From: Vicugna vicugna
Lineage: Eukaryota
Direction: 5' to 3'
Length of the DNA: 64,000 nucleotides
Assembly: GCA_013265495.1 (NCBI GenBank)
Contig: MU063892.1
Coordinates: 620,001-684,000, forward strand
A program made the position numbers and the translations under genes. This document shows, piece by piece, positions 12,601-24,400 of this stretch. The notes under the pieces are model-generated. The model was given only the letters and a program-made list of their open reading frames with translations, had not been told where the DNA came from and searched no databases. The first letter of the stretch is position 1, and every line of letters starts with the position of its first letter.

Positions 12601-15600
12601 GCCCCTTGGAGTCCCACGGTGGGAACAAACTCTGAAAAGCCACAGCCAGGAGAGCAGGGCCTGGGGAGGGAGCAGAAGGTGCCAAATGTCCTCTCACACG
12701 GCCCTCGTCAGATGCTCTGGTGAGAAGCATCTCACAGGTTAGTCCCCAAGTGTTCAGAGCTCAGGTGTCCGTCACCCCAGCAGCCTGAGTTACTTTCTAC
12801 CCTTCCCCTTGCTGCTCCCCCGGCCCCTCGGAGGGCCCCTGTGGGGGTGGGGGAGGGGTGGCTGGAGCCCTGGCTTCCACCTCCTTCCACAACGAGCACC
12901 CCAATTCTCCTCTCATCTCAGCTGTGAGCCTCAAGAGCAAAGGTCACTTCAGATTGGAATCAGCATCCCAGGCCAGTCCAGCCCTCAGGGGCCAGTTTGC
13001 TGAAAGAGCAGACAGCGCAGAAAGGATCCTGCCAGAGCCCTCGCTGCCTCCCTCACTCCTGCTCTGAGGCCGGACTTCAAATGCCTCAGTTTCCAGCACC
13101 CCTCCCAGTGTTGGCCAGGAAATTAAGGACAGCACAGCCAGACGCGGCTCTTCATGCAGCCCTGCCCAGTCAGGTCGGTGGCTGTGGGTTGGGGAAGGAG
13201 GGGTTCCAACAACATGGAGGAAATGGAGTGCCCAGTCCCCGGGGAGCCCACAAGGAGAAGTGCCTCTCCCTGGTCCTGCACTGGTCACACACCATGAGCC
13301 CAACAGGCAGGGGCTCTGAAGGGCCAGAAGCAGGCCAGGGCCTTCTGAGAACAGTAGAGGAAAAGGGGTCCAAGGGAGCCATATACCCTGGGCTCTGCCT
13401 GGGGACCTGAGGCCTGGCCCCCAACCCACATCTCCCCTGACCCCAGGCTGAGGGCTCAGGATCTTGACCTGGCCACTCGGCTCTCAAACCACACCATGTC
13501 AAGAGGGCGAGGCCTTCTGCAGCATGATGGGATCCAAATCTGGCCCCTCTCCACTGCATTCCCTTCAGGCAGCTCCCTCAAGGGAGGGGCAGGGTAAGGG
13601 GCGGGTGTGTGCCCTGGAGGCCTGAAGAACCACGCTCCACTGTGCCTGCTGGGCGCGTAGGCATGGGGAGCCTTCCAGAAGGAGCCCACTAGTCTCCAAA
13701 ACCAGGCAGGTGGGGCTGAGGCGTGGCCTGGCAGGGAGCGGCCGGTGAGAGGAGGTGGAGAGGAGAGCGGGGCCCCTCCAGCCCTGAAGCAGAGCCTGCT
13801 GGGGGCTTTAGACAAGCCCTGTTCCCGAAGACTGCATGTCTCCGGTGCATGAACCTGGGAGGGAGGGGGGGGCTGGGGCTCGGAGAGTGACTGCACCCTG
13901 GTGGGCACCTACTGGGGTATCTGCCAAAATCAACACCTCACTGGATGTGTGTGACTGGGTCACTGGGACCCATGTGCTGGCAGAGGCTGGCCACATGGCC
14001 TGCTCCCCTCATCCCTCAGAGGCCAGCACCCTGGGGGAGTGGGGAGGTCCCTAAATTCACTTCCTCACTGCCTCCATCCGCCAGCTCCATACCTGCCTCG
14101 GCCATCAGCTCCAACAACAGAGGAGTGCAAAATCTCCCCTTCGTGAAGCAACTCTTGGGTTCAGGGTCCCAAGACCAGTGCTGGGACCAGCGCCTCGACC
14201 AGAGCTGAACTGCATCACGTGGACATGGGGACTGGCAGGTAAGCTAGGGTGTCACCCAGACTTCCACAGAGCCACGTGACGTGGGGGGCCCCGCCTGAGG
14301 CCCACACACCTACCTTGACCTTGCCTGTGCTCTGCAGGATGTGCACCAGGGNNNNNNNNNNNNNNNNNNNNNNNNNNNNNNNNNNNNNNNNNNNNNNNNN
14401 NNNNNNNNNNNNNNNNNNNNNNNNNNNNNNNNNNNNNNNNNNNNNNNNNNNNNNNNNNNNNNNNNNNNNNNNNNNNNNNNNNNNNNNNNNNTTGATGCGG
14501 ATCATGGGCCCAGGGCCCTTGCCGCCCTTGGGGTTGGGCGTCACCACCGGGTACCACTTCTCCACGAACTGCCGCCCGGCCACCGAGGCGGCGGGCAGGC
14601 TGACCAGGCCCAGGTAGCTGTTGCGCTCCTTCTTCTTCTTCTTGTCGGTCTCCCGGTACAGATGGACGGTGACGGTGCGCAGGGGCGGCAGGTTGTGGAA
14701 CTCGAAGTGCTCGCCCCAGAAGACGTTGTCGGTCTTGAGCTTGCCCGTGGTGCGTGCATACAGCACGTCGTCCAGGCACAGCTCGCACAGGTACTTCTTC
14801 TTGGCCGGCAGGTCCTTGGCCTCAATCACCCACAGCTTCAGGATGTGCTCCACACGCCGACTGTTGTCCTGCACACATACAGAGGGGCCATGGTGACCAG
14901 GGGGCCGGTCGCCCGTGCACTGCCCAGCCCGGAGTGGGAAGGAGCTCTTGGAAGGTGGTAGGGAGGGCCCGGGCACTGACAGGACTGGGGTGGGGTAGGG
15001 ACAGCTCTGGAGACTGATGGACACGAGGCTGGGTCTCTGCTCTGCCTCATACTAGCTCACTGACCTTGGGCAAGTGACAATCTAAGCCTCCATTCCCTGT
15101 TCTATAAAATGGGAATAAAACCGAGTAGAGAGCAAGTCCAAGGCCAGCACAATGCTTGGCACACAGCAGCCGCATATTGGCTCTTACGCAGCTTGCTCGT
15201 CTGCAAAGTCACTTCAGAGGTCATGACCATTGCTAACGCCCTTCCTTAGTGATGTCACGGTGACCAGTGCTCAGCGCAGGCTGAGTCACCCAGGAGGCAG
15301 ACGCAGAAGCAGGTGATTACAGTCAGGGTCCCAGGAACCTGCCAGGAGAAGCCCAGGGGTGGTGAGAACACAGAAGAGAGCACCGGCCTGGGCTGGCGGT
15401 GCTTGCCTGGAGGAGGGACAGACAGCTAAGGTGAAATCGGAGGGAAGAGCAGGAATCAGCTTGGGGGAAGAGGGCCCAGGAGTCCCAAGGCAGAGGTACA
15501 CCAGCACCCACAAGCCCAATACTCAGTTCTCTGGCCCAGCCTCCCCACTTCCTCAGTGTGCAGCTTCGAAGACAGAGGCCCCCAGCACCGGAGTCAGCCT

Positions 15601-17617
15601 CTCTCAGAGCCCAACACTACCTCCTGCCCGGGCCCAGCCCACACCGGAGACCCCTCCCTCGGCTCCCTCACGTAGGAGTCTGGGCTCTGCTCTGGGGAGG
15701 GGGACACAGGCCCACCTTGTTGGGATGCACCGCTCGCCGCAAGTTCTCCATCCACTTATCCCGTTCGGCTGCTGACCGGCAGGAGAAGCACTTGCTTCCT
15801 GACGACGTTGTCACCTGTGGGGGGCAGGCAGGACAGCGTCATGGGACGGGGAAGGCAGCAAGGCAGTATGATGGAGGACCTTTGGGGCTTGGGGGGTTTG
15901 GCTGCCAGGTCTGTCTGTACCACACCCTCAGGGAGGAGGCAGAACAAGACTCAGTGATCCCTGTATTTCACGTCTGCAGGCGGTGCACAGAGACCTGCGG
16001 TCCCACAGCAAGACAGTGACAGGAGGGTGGCCCAGCCCCGTGCCATCTGGCGCTGGTCCTGGCTCCTCAACCCGGCCTCAGTGCACTCTGTCCATAGGAA
16101 AGCCTCTTTCTGACTCCAATCTCATTTTCTCAGAGATAGAATAAAGAAGGCATGGCCCCCAGCACCAATCAGAGGGCAATGCTTAACCCAGTCTCCCTCC
16201 ATCGGTGGGGCCAGAGGCACCTAGGGGACAGCCACAGGTAGGTACAAGGGTCACCTCGGTTTTTAGCTGACACCTGCTGCTGATGCTTCTCTTTTGCCAA
16301 GCGACAGTGACAACAATGATGGTCACAGAAGCGTAACATATCTGGGGCCAGACTAGAGAAATAAGAATTGGGCCATCTGCGTGTGCTGAGTCCTGGGGTC
16401 CTCCCACCTGGAACCCTTACCCTCCCCCCACCATCCAGCTTAATCATCCTCTGGTCTCCTCCAGGCGAGGGAGGCTGGCTCAAGCTGTTCCTGCTACCCC
16501 AGCAGCATGCTCTACCTAAGGAAACCAGACTCTTTACCTAACCTTGTTCAAGGGCCTGCACAAGCCACAGCACCCCCTTCCGTAGACAAGTAGACAGACA
16601 CCATCTTTAGCCCATCCCAGGCAAAGAAGTCGGAGCCCAGAAGGAGCCCAGCTGGACCAGAAGTCCTGAACCAGAACCGACACCCAGCGGGCACAGGGCT
16701 GGGGCAGATGCCAGGCACCACTCCGTTCCCTCTCTGGGGCTGGGGGTGCCAGGAGGTGGCCACATCAGTCCCGGGCTCACTCCTCTTTCAGGAAGCTCCC
16801 TAATTATGCGAGATTGTTGGCGGTGGGAAGCTTCCCAGAAACAGAGGTGGGAAGAGAATATGAATAGTTAGAGAAGCAATTAGGAACTCCCAGGAACACC
16901 TGAGACATTAGTTACCCTGGTCCTGGTTTAGCCTCAGGCTTGTTGAATGACCTCTGATATCACCTTGCCCTCTCTGGACTTCAGAGTCCCCATCCATAGT
17001 TGGGCACTGGACAGATGATCCCACTGACAGCCCTGCTGGGTTGGGTGGCTGGCCCTCTGCTCTCAAACCCTGGGACACAGAATGCTGGGGCAGGACAAAG
17101 TCTGGCTCTCATCACTCAAAGGCGGGGACACTCCTCACTGCCCCACACTGCACTGGAGGAGTTTGCAGGAGGGGCGAGCAGGCTCGAGTAGGGCTCTGGG
17201 GCTTGACCCCTCCACCCACTCAAGCCTCTTGCACCTGCCAGCACGGGGGACAGTGCCAGTCCGTCTCCAAGGAGCCCACAGAGCAGGAATGAAGCCCTTC
17301 ATTTCTCAGCTCCACTTGGTCTCCTAGGAGCCAAAGGCTTTGACAGTCCCAAAGAGCCCGGCCCCCAGAGAGGCTACAGAGCACTCCCAGAGGGCGTCTG
17401 GAGGAGCCCTGGCCTCAGCGGGAGAGGACCCAGAGCCCGCCCTGCCCCCGCAGCGGGACGCACCTCGAAGCAGTAGNNNNNNNNNNNNNNNNNNNNNNNN
17501 NNNNNNNNNNNNNNNNNNNNNNNNNNNNNNNNNNNNNNNNNNNNNNNNNNNNNNNNNNNNNNNNNNNNNNNNNNNNNNNNNNNNNNNNNNNNNNNNNNNN
17601 NNNNNNNNNNNNNNNNN
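544..17617 (-). CDS. DAB2IP: DAB2IP (disabled homolog 2-interacting protein, Ras-GAP), partial multi-exon CDS: join of 10 exons, 2758 nt; 5' and 3' exons lie outside the window
   Basis: Spliced translation gives [71 protein letters not shown]...[16 protein letters not shown]...LFLR...[19 protein letters not shown]...[16 protein letters not shown]...[11 protein letters not shown], which I recognise as DAB2IP rather than SYNGAP1 or RASAL2. Seven exons have both ends visible or bridged (99/555/145/145/202/179 plus computed 237 and 889) and match recalled human sizes; phases are compatible at every visible junction. Confidence 0.98.
1372..2260 (-). CDS. DAB2IP: DAB2IP exon 12 (Ser/Pro-rich region, 10-Pro run), 889 nt; 5' part masked
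   Basis: Visible [10 protein letters not shown]...RAVHKQ|gtcagt (donor after 1372), with 10 Pro codons at 1552-1581. The start 2260 is inferred from the recalled 57 masked codons plus 1 nt. Confidence 0.93.
4278..4456 (-). CDS. DAB2IP: DAB2IP exon 11, 179 nt
   Basis: tttgcag|AGC ATT GTA TCC AAA...CTC TCT GG|gtaaga, encoding [16 protein letters not shown]...IENDLSG. Confidence 0.97.
6409..6610 (-). CDS. DAB2IP: DAB2IP exon 10 (end of GAP domain), 202 nt
   Basis: tctccag|G TTT GGC AGC AAG GAG...GAG CAG|gtgcct, encoding [19 protein letters not shown]...SQLEQ. Confidence 0.97.
6700..7420 (+). mobile_element. L2 LINE fragment (ancient, degraded)
   Basis: L2 3'-region-like text (gatgactctcagtcc...ccacaggcacctc...cctcctcctaggctccctatcccaagtggagacactaccatcc...ctcaaagccctttggcggctcccactgccc). 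Confidence 0.65.
8189..8425 (-). CDS. DAB2IP: DAB2IP exon 9 (GAP domain, FLR motif), 237 nt; 3' half masked
   Basis: gcacag|C GTC TTC CCA CGG...TTT CTG CGC, then N (8166-8313). The end 8189 is inferred from the recalled human peptide and the phase-2 junction with the next exon. Confidence 0.9.
10849..10993 (-). CDS. DAB2IP: DAB2IP exon 8 (GAP domain), 145 nt
   Basis: gctccag|GT GAG TTC ATC AAA...TCC TAC TG|gtcagt, encoding [20 protein letters not shown]...CKIINSY. Confidence 0.97.
11078..11222 (-). CDS. DAB2IP: DAB2IP exon 7 (GAP domain, arginine finger FRENT), 145 nt
   Basis: ctcctcag|GAC TTC CTG...GCA CTA G|gtaggg. Arg codon CGG at 11156-11154 in [10 protein letters not shown]. Confidence 0.97.
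14314..14868 (-). CDS. DAB2IP: DAB2IP exon 6 (C2 domain and start of GAP domain), 555 nt
   Basis: gtgcag|GAC AAC AGT...GTC AAG|gtaggt. Includes the KKKKK basic cluster at 14629-14643. The internal 140-N run equals the length needed for the recalled human KARYQ...EMASA segment. Confidence 0.97.
15035..15185 (+). mobile_element. MIR SINE
   Basis: ctagctcactgaccttgggcaagtgac...tctataaaatgggaataa...tgcttggcacacagcag. Confidence 0.7.
15716..15814 (-). CDS. DAB2IP: DAB2IP exon 5 (end of PH domain, [10 protein letters not shown]...RAVHPNK), 99 nt
   Basis: ccacag|GTG ACA ACG...CCC AAC AAG|gtgggc, phase 0/0. Contains the internal Met of MENLRR (ATG 15751-15749), the start of a described short isoform. 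Confidence 0.97.
17464..17617 (-). CDS. DAB2IP: DAB2IP exon 4 (PH domain part, SHLMPRLKES...QDYCFE); mostly masked
   Basis: Visible 3' end C TAC TGC TTC GAG|gtgcgt (donor after 17464). 17477-17632 is N. The start 17617 is inferred from the recalled 154-nt human exon (phase-2 start) and is not directly visible. Confidence 0.85.
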
Positions 17618-18341
17618 NNNNNNNNNNNNNNNAGAGTGCATCAGGCTGGGCCTATCCTGTCCCCTCCCTTCCCTTCTCCTCCAGGAAGCCTGCCCAGACA
17701 TCCCCTCAGCTGGAGGCACTCACTCCTCTCAACTCCCATAGCCTTTTCTGTCTTAAGGCAAAGTTGGGGGGAAGGGGCATCGCGGGGCTGGAGTCACAGA
17801 CTGGCCAGTCCCTTTTCCCCACTGCAGGGCTCTGGGTAAGGGACTCAGCTCCCGCAGAAGCAGAGAGCGAGGATGAGGCACCACCCAGGACTGGAAAGTC
17901 AGCACTGGGTGCAGGGCAGGGATGTGCCTGGCTCCTCAGCAGCCCGAGACCCACGGGAAGAGCTGACCCAACACAGGCAGCCTTCCCCACCTCCCCTCCC
18001 CTCAGCCCTGGTCCCCATCCAAGACAGAAGCAGTCACTCCATCCCAACACTTGTCCAGAATGTCACTGCAGACAGAACCCTTTCTCCACCAACCAGCATC
18101 GGGCGAGGCAGGAGCGCCCCAGAAACTCCGCTGCTCCCTTCTTACAGACGAGGACCGTGAGGCTCAAAACAGAAGGGATGCAGCCATTTCTGCACAGTAC
18201 CTGAGATGCCAGGACAGAGTCCACACTCTGAGGCCCAGGAGCGCAGGCCAGGGTCACTGGGCCCCATACAGGCACAAAGAACAGAGCTAGTTGACTCCAA
18301 CTGGTGCCCAAATGGGGCCTGAAACAGGACTGGTTCTGATA

Positions 18342-18475
18342 GACCTGGCCTTGGACCCGGGCTCATCGCTCACCTGCTGTGTGGCCCTGGGTAAGTCACT
18401 TACCCTCTCTGAGCCTCAGTTTCCTCAGCACATCACATGGAAAGCACCTCAGTAGGCACCTGCACAGTGCTGGGG
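18342..18475 (+). mobile_element. MIR SINE
   Basis: ctgtgtggccctgggtaagtcacttaccctctctgagcctcagtttcctca. Confidence 0.75.
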
Positions 18476-21400
18476 ACAGCCCACCACTGAGAGGTAAACG
18501 TCCCTTTCCAGAGCCAGTTGGACACTGCTGGGCCTGCTAAGACCACTCCAGGATGGAAGCTGGGCAGGCCTCCCCCCAGCTCAGGCCCACAGTCCAAACC
18601 CTGGGCTTAGGTCACTCAGACCTCCTTCCCTAACACCCTCCACCCTTCAGCTCTCAGCTTCCAATGGTTGAAGCCTCAGTCCATCATCTCTCCCTGTCTC
18701 GGCAAGTAAAGACCCTCCCTCAGGTCAGCGAGGCCTGGCAGGCCCACCACATGCTTCCTTGCAGGGCACACACCGTAACCCACTTCCAAGACCACCAGCA
18801 GTAAGGGGGGCTGAGGCCCACTGAATGTGGGCTCAGGAACCCGGAGATGAGCTGGACAGGCCCTGCCCAGAGGGCTGCCCAGGCTGCCAGAGGCCACCCT
18901 CCAGCCCCTACACATGACACCTCCATGGCAACAGCCCTGCCTGACATGGAGTCCCATAGCTAGGCACTTCATGGGAGTCACAGCTGGAACTGGGACCCCA
19001 GCTCTTGCGACTTCACAGCTCAACCCAAGAGGCTCGGTCAGGCTCCCCGCAACTGCTCCCCGATGCCCAGCACAAAGCTGACACAGAGCAGGGCTCAGAT
19101 CGCTGGAGCCGAGCCAGCGCCCTGGGGCAGGCTGCTGAAAGCTCAAGGGAAATGGACAGACCAGAGGGAAGCTGTGAGACAGGCTGAAGTCAGGTTAGAA
19201 CCAATCCAAACCCCTTACAGGGCCCGCGTGAGGCCCCGGGCCACTGGCATGCACAGCCGTGGTGCCTCTGCCCCTCCAGCACCCTCTCTGGGAGGCAGCA
19301 TTTCACACACAAGCACTGCGCCCAGGCCACTCCACCACAGGTGCTGGCAGGCTTCTTCCCGGGACCAGCCCTCCAGGCCCTGCTTGAATGGCCCAGCCTC
19401 CTCCCCATCACAGCACTGACCAGTGATGCGGGCGGGTCTGCCATCCCCTCAGTTGAGGTTCCACCCTGGGCCTCCCTCTCAGAACGGGGCTCCATACCTC
19501 AGGTGGCAGGTCCAAGGATGGGACCCAGAGCCCCCAGGCCTGCTGTCTAGGGCTGAAAACCCAGCCTGCAAGTGGAGATCAGGCAGCTTTCTGGCCCAGC
19601 ACGGGAAACCCTGCCAGGTAAGATGCTGGAAGCCAGGGTGGGTGGAGCGGGCACCCAGGAAGTACACAGGGAGGAGCTGGTAGGCCAGGCCGCCTCTTGC
19701 CTGGGGCACCTGCACTAGCTGGCTGGCGAGAGAAAGGAGGCACGTTCAGTGGATTCGGTCCGTCCAGGGAGACCCAAGGGGGCCCCAGTGCTACAGTCGA
19801 GGAGCCCAGCAGGCCGAGGCCAGACCCCAAAGCAGCCAGAGCTTGGAACCTGTGGCTAAGGGCCCTCCTCTTCCCTCCCCAGCATCCTGCCCCACAAACA
19901 TGCCCCAGCTGGACCAAGCCCCACTGGGGCAGTTCCAAACTGAGCAGAGGGTTTGGGGAAGGTCGTATCTAAGGCATCCCGGTACAGCTGGGCAGCCCTG
20001 ACCCTTCCCACCTCCCCCAGGGATTCTCTAAGTGAGAGGACCTGGAACACGGGCCACACCCAGCCCTACAGCCCAAGCTCACTGGGAAGAGGAGGAATGG
20101 GGTGGGGTGGGGTGGAGTGGGGCAAGGCCCAGGGAGGCTCAGTGGCTACTCCGAGATCTCCCAGGTGCTTCTGGGAGAGGAGCAGAGGGCCAAGATCTGA
20201 CCAGTGGGACAAGGCCAGGGGGCCTGCGCTCTATGACTCATATGCAGACACATACCCTCCTCCTTCAGCCTGGAGTCTACCTGTACCCCCTCCTCCCGAC
20301 AAGGTTTGTTGGGGAGAGAAAGGGGTACCTATTTATCAACTCTGGGCCTGTGCTTTGGGCCCAGAGGGAAGGTAGTCTGTGGTGACCCTGCAGGGTGGGA
20401 CCTCCTGGCAGAGGTGAGTGTGCCCATGGTGGTGATTGATAAGACAAGTGGGGCTCAGGGTGGGAAAATGGTCACTTGGTCACTTTCCAGATCCAGCAGG
20501 CCCATCTCATGGCCTAAGAACCACCTCCTCCAGGAAGCCAGGCAGCCCTGTCCCGGGCCTGCAGCACCCCTAACACTTCACACTGGGGACTCCTGCCCCA
20601 TCAATCACCCAGGCAGGACTCCACCCTGCCCCCTCCCCCGCCAGCCTCTGCCTCTGGCCAGCATTGTGAGGCACTTCCTTTCTCACCTCCAGCCTCTGCC
20701 TTCCCAGGCTCGGCGAAGCCCATCCAGAGAGGGAGAGAGGGAGGGAGGGAGCAGGGCACTGCAGACTGCCCAGGCTCCAAGGGGACAGAGAGCGGGCACA
20801 GTCTCCCTACCCAAGAAGCTTGGCAAGGAGATGAGCAAGTGCTGGCCGCTGCCTTGCTCCCACCCAAGTTGTGGGTGCCCACCTCCACTCGGCCAGGGCA
20901 CCCAGCTGGTCATTCACATCCCTTTTTAAACTTCAACTGCACACAACTCTGCCAGGAGCATTCATCTACCCATTTAGAAAGATAGGCTCAGGGAGCAACA
21001 GTCACTTCATCTGCCCAAGGCCTCCTGCTGGAAGGGACCCAGGTAGGTCTGGGGGCCCTGCCTACAGCTGCCCTGTAGGGGATCAGCACCACCCCCCTCC
21101 CCATTCCTGAGTCAGGCCCTTCCCTGTTGCCCAGAGGCTGGGGTGGCAGAGACTGTGGCCCAACATGCCCACTGTGTGGCCTCCCCAGTGCCCAGCTCAG
21201 TCTTGTGCATCCCTCAGTGACCTCCTGTGGTCTCTGGAGACCAGAGCCTCGGTCCTCGGTGAGATGGCACCAAGGAGGGCAAAGGCCTTTGCACAGGGGC
21301 CCTGGCCGTGCAGGTCACTCCCATAGCCCAGGTATAGGCTACTTCTCACAACCACCCTGCCAGGGCTGCCGTGTGACTGCGCTGGGCTCAGAGAGGCTGG

Positions 21401-24400
21401 GTCTTGCAGCTACAACAGAACCAGGTCTCATGTCTGGGCTGTGGGGCTGTGCCCGCAGGAAACATCACACACAGCACTTGGCTGGATCCTCACAAGGCTG
21501 TGAGATGGATACTGACCTCACGCTGGCTTTACAGGGGAGACACTGAGGCCTGCTCAGAGAAGACAGGTGACCAGCTCAGGGTCTCAGCTTCCTCCTGGTG
21601 TCACCTCCACACCCCAACCCCACTGGGAGCCCTTTCCTTATCTGAAAGAGAAAGGACTCTGTTCTCAAATGGAAATAGAGGATAATGAGCACACAAGGAA
21701 GCACCACAGAGAGGCTTTTCAGGGAGAGGCACCTCCAGCATGTGAGTCATGAAGAGGGGGGTGTCCCAGCACGATCACATGGGCTCAGTTGCAGCCCCGC
21801 TGGCTGGGATCCACCTGTGCCTGATCCACTTCCCCCTGGGCTCCTCTTCCCCAGGGGTCATGACTCCCTCAGGCAGGCCTCTAGGCACTTGTAGCCCGCT
21901 CTGCCCAGAAGTTCCCTTGTCCTATCCAACCTTCAATACCCAGCATCAATGCTCAATCTCCCACGACACATTCTCAAACTCCTGGGGCAGACAGCGACCT
22001 TGCATGTGGCCCCAGCACCTTGTTCATTAGGCTGTGCTGGGAGGCCTGTCACAGAGCTGTCTCCTTGCCAGGCAGGGGGCTCCTTGTGGGGAGGGCTGGG
22101 TCTGGATCAGCACCAAGAATCAGAGCCCCCGAGTTCCTGGACCAAGGCCACAACACCCCAGCAGCCAAGGTCAGCTAAGCCTGGGGGAATAGGAGGTCAG
22201 CTGCCATGAGGACAACCCTCCCTAAGCCTTCAGACCCTGGTGGTGGGAGAAGGGACAAAATGGCCCGAGCGCTGGTCTTCAGGGCAGCTGCCTGCTCAAG
22301 GCCAATTCCTAAGAGCAGCACCCTGGTGCTCACACAGAATCTCCAAGGAACACCTGGCTGTTGCTTTGTCCAGGTATGCGGAGCTCCCTCCATCTCTCCC
22401 AAAGCCAGGGGCTCATCCTCCACTCTGTGGCTGCACCCCGCTACCATGGCCCTACCCCTCTGACACTGTCCAAGACACAGCTGATTCTCTAGACCCTCAA
22501 CTGCCCATCCCCATCCCCAGGACTAGAGGCCCTTGTGTCCCCTGCAGTCACCCCTCCTCAAACTGGCCCAGCTACTCAGTTACCCACATCCTCCATGCCA
22601 TGGAATCCTCACACATCCTGGGAAAGGGGTGGTGCCCAGATTCCCAGGTCACAGACAGGAGCCAAGGCCACGGGAGAGGGAGGCCTGCCCTGCCCTCCTC
22701 TGCCTCTGAGAGCTGTCTTGGTCAGGACCTTGGGGGGCAGCAGAGGAGGGGAGCCCCACTGGTCTTCCTGTCTAGACCACAGCAGTCCCCTCCCACTGGA
22801 CAGGCCCCTTTGCCTGACATGATGTCACTCTGGCCCTATCAGCTCTCCCCTCACAGCCTAGAGAGAATCAAGTCTCAGTGCTTCAACCTGGGGTTGAACC
22901 CTCCCGACAACTCTACGCACTCACACATACCCCGGCCAGTGACCTAGACTCTCCTCCCCAGAGAATCCCTGGCCAGCCGGGACTCCTTCCCTCTGGGGGG
23001 CCTTTGCCCATGCTATTTCCAGAACCCGTCCCACCTTTCTCTCCACCATCTGCCCCAGAACAGCCTTCTTTCTCAGTCTTCAAAGCCCAGGCCAAATGTG
23101 GCCACCACAACGCTGTCCCTGGTCTCTCAGACATACAAGAGCTCACACTCAGGCCGGGTGGCGGAGTCCCACTCCACAGCACTTTCCAACCTGCCTCCTC
23201 ACCTGTCCTCACGACAGCCCGTCAGGACTAAGGTACCGCACCTCAGAAGGGCCAGGTGGCTTGCCCAAGACCGCACAGGTGGCAAGTGGCCGAGTGGGAT
23301 CTGAACCCCGTTCAGCAGACTCCAGGCCTAACTCCATCAGCCCGAGCCGAGCCTCCCCACAGGCGGGCACGCAGGGAAAGGCCCACAGCCAGCTGACCTG
23401 CTCAACATGACCACTCATTCCAGGTCGGAAGGAAGAGCCGCAGGGCCGGCTGGGGTCGGGTAGCCTGTGCCCAGGGCCCAGGAGCCGAGAAACGTGGGCA
23501 CAACACGGGTGCGGGCGGAGCCGCTGAGGGAGACACAGCCAGGCCCCAACAGCAGCTCATTGTGAGGGCCGGTAGCAGGAACAACGGGACATTGTCCTGG
23601 CTCCTGGGCCACAGCCTTATCTGATAGCCTTCCAGCCAACCCATGAGCTGTTTTTCAACTCCATCCCCTTTTTCCTCTTAAAAGGTTAGTGACACAGAAG
23701 TTTAGCAGATCCCATTATTTCAAGGAGGGAGGAGACCTGAAAACAGAACTTGTGATAATTAAAAAGCCCTATGGGGAGGATGTTCCCACTACGGGTGGGG
23801 CAAGTAGAGAGTGGGGCTGGAGAGCCTGGACAGGAAGAGGCTCAGAATCTCCCTCCAAATCTCGACGGGGCAGAGGGAGCTGCCGTGCATGCCCCCAGAG
23901 GGCAGGGCTGGGGCCAGGAGAGGCCAAGTCCAGCTCAGTCACACTGTCCTCAAATGGGCAGGCTGGTTTGGTTTGAGAGGGAGCGGGCACCCTGTCTCTG
24001 GAGGCGTGCAAGCGGAGCTGGGAGAGCGCGCTTAGCTATGCCGCGGAGGGGACGCCTGCACTGCTGGGGGCGGCTGGCGCAGGGAGCAGGCAGGCAGTGG
24101 GGTAAGCCCCAGGAGCAAACACGCACTGTGCACACCCGCAGCTGGGAACAGGCAGGAGAGCCTAGTGTCAAGGGCACCCAGCTGCAGGAGCAAATCAAGT
24201 CCCATTCCCTATAAAACACACAACCTTGAGTACCTGTAACTCATTCAACTCTCCAGGCCTCAGTTTCCCTGTCCCTAAGTGGGGAGAACTGACCAACCTT
24301 CCTCAAGGGGCTGCCATAAGCATCAACTAAGACAATGCAGGGGAGGCTCCGGAGAACAGGGTCAAGGCCAGGACACAAACAGGGCCACACCCCACCCCGC

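Noticed and set aside
14869-15024. Open frame extending 52 codons upstream of the exon 6 acceptor
   Set aside because: The start is GTG, the canonical acceptor reproduces the expected 555-nt exon, and there is no evidence for an upstream acceptor.
16040-16053. CTCF-like motif (GCGCCAGATGGCAC on the minus strand)
   Set aside because: One mismatch in the core and a single short match cannot be supported without ChIP data.
20684-20730. Donor GAG|gtgaga with upstream ATG (MGFAEPGKAEAG)
   Set aside because: Phase 1, so out of frame with exon 4, and there is no promoter-like context.
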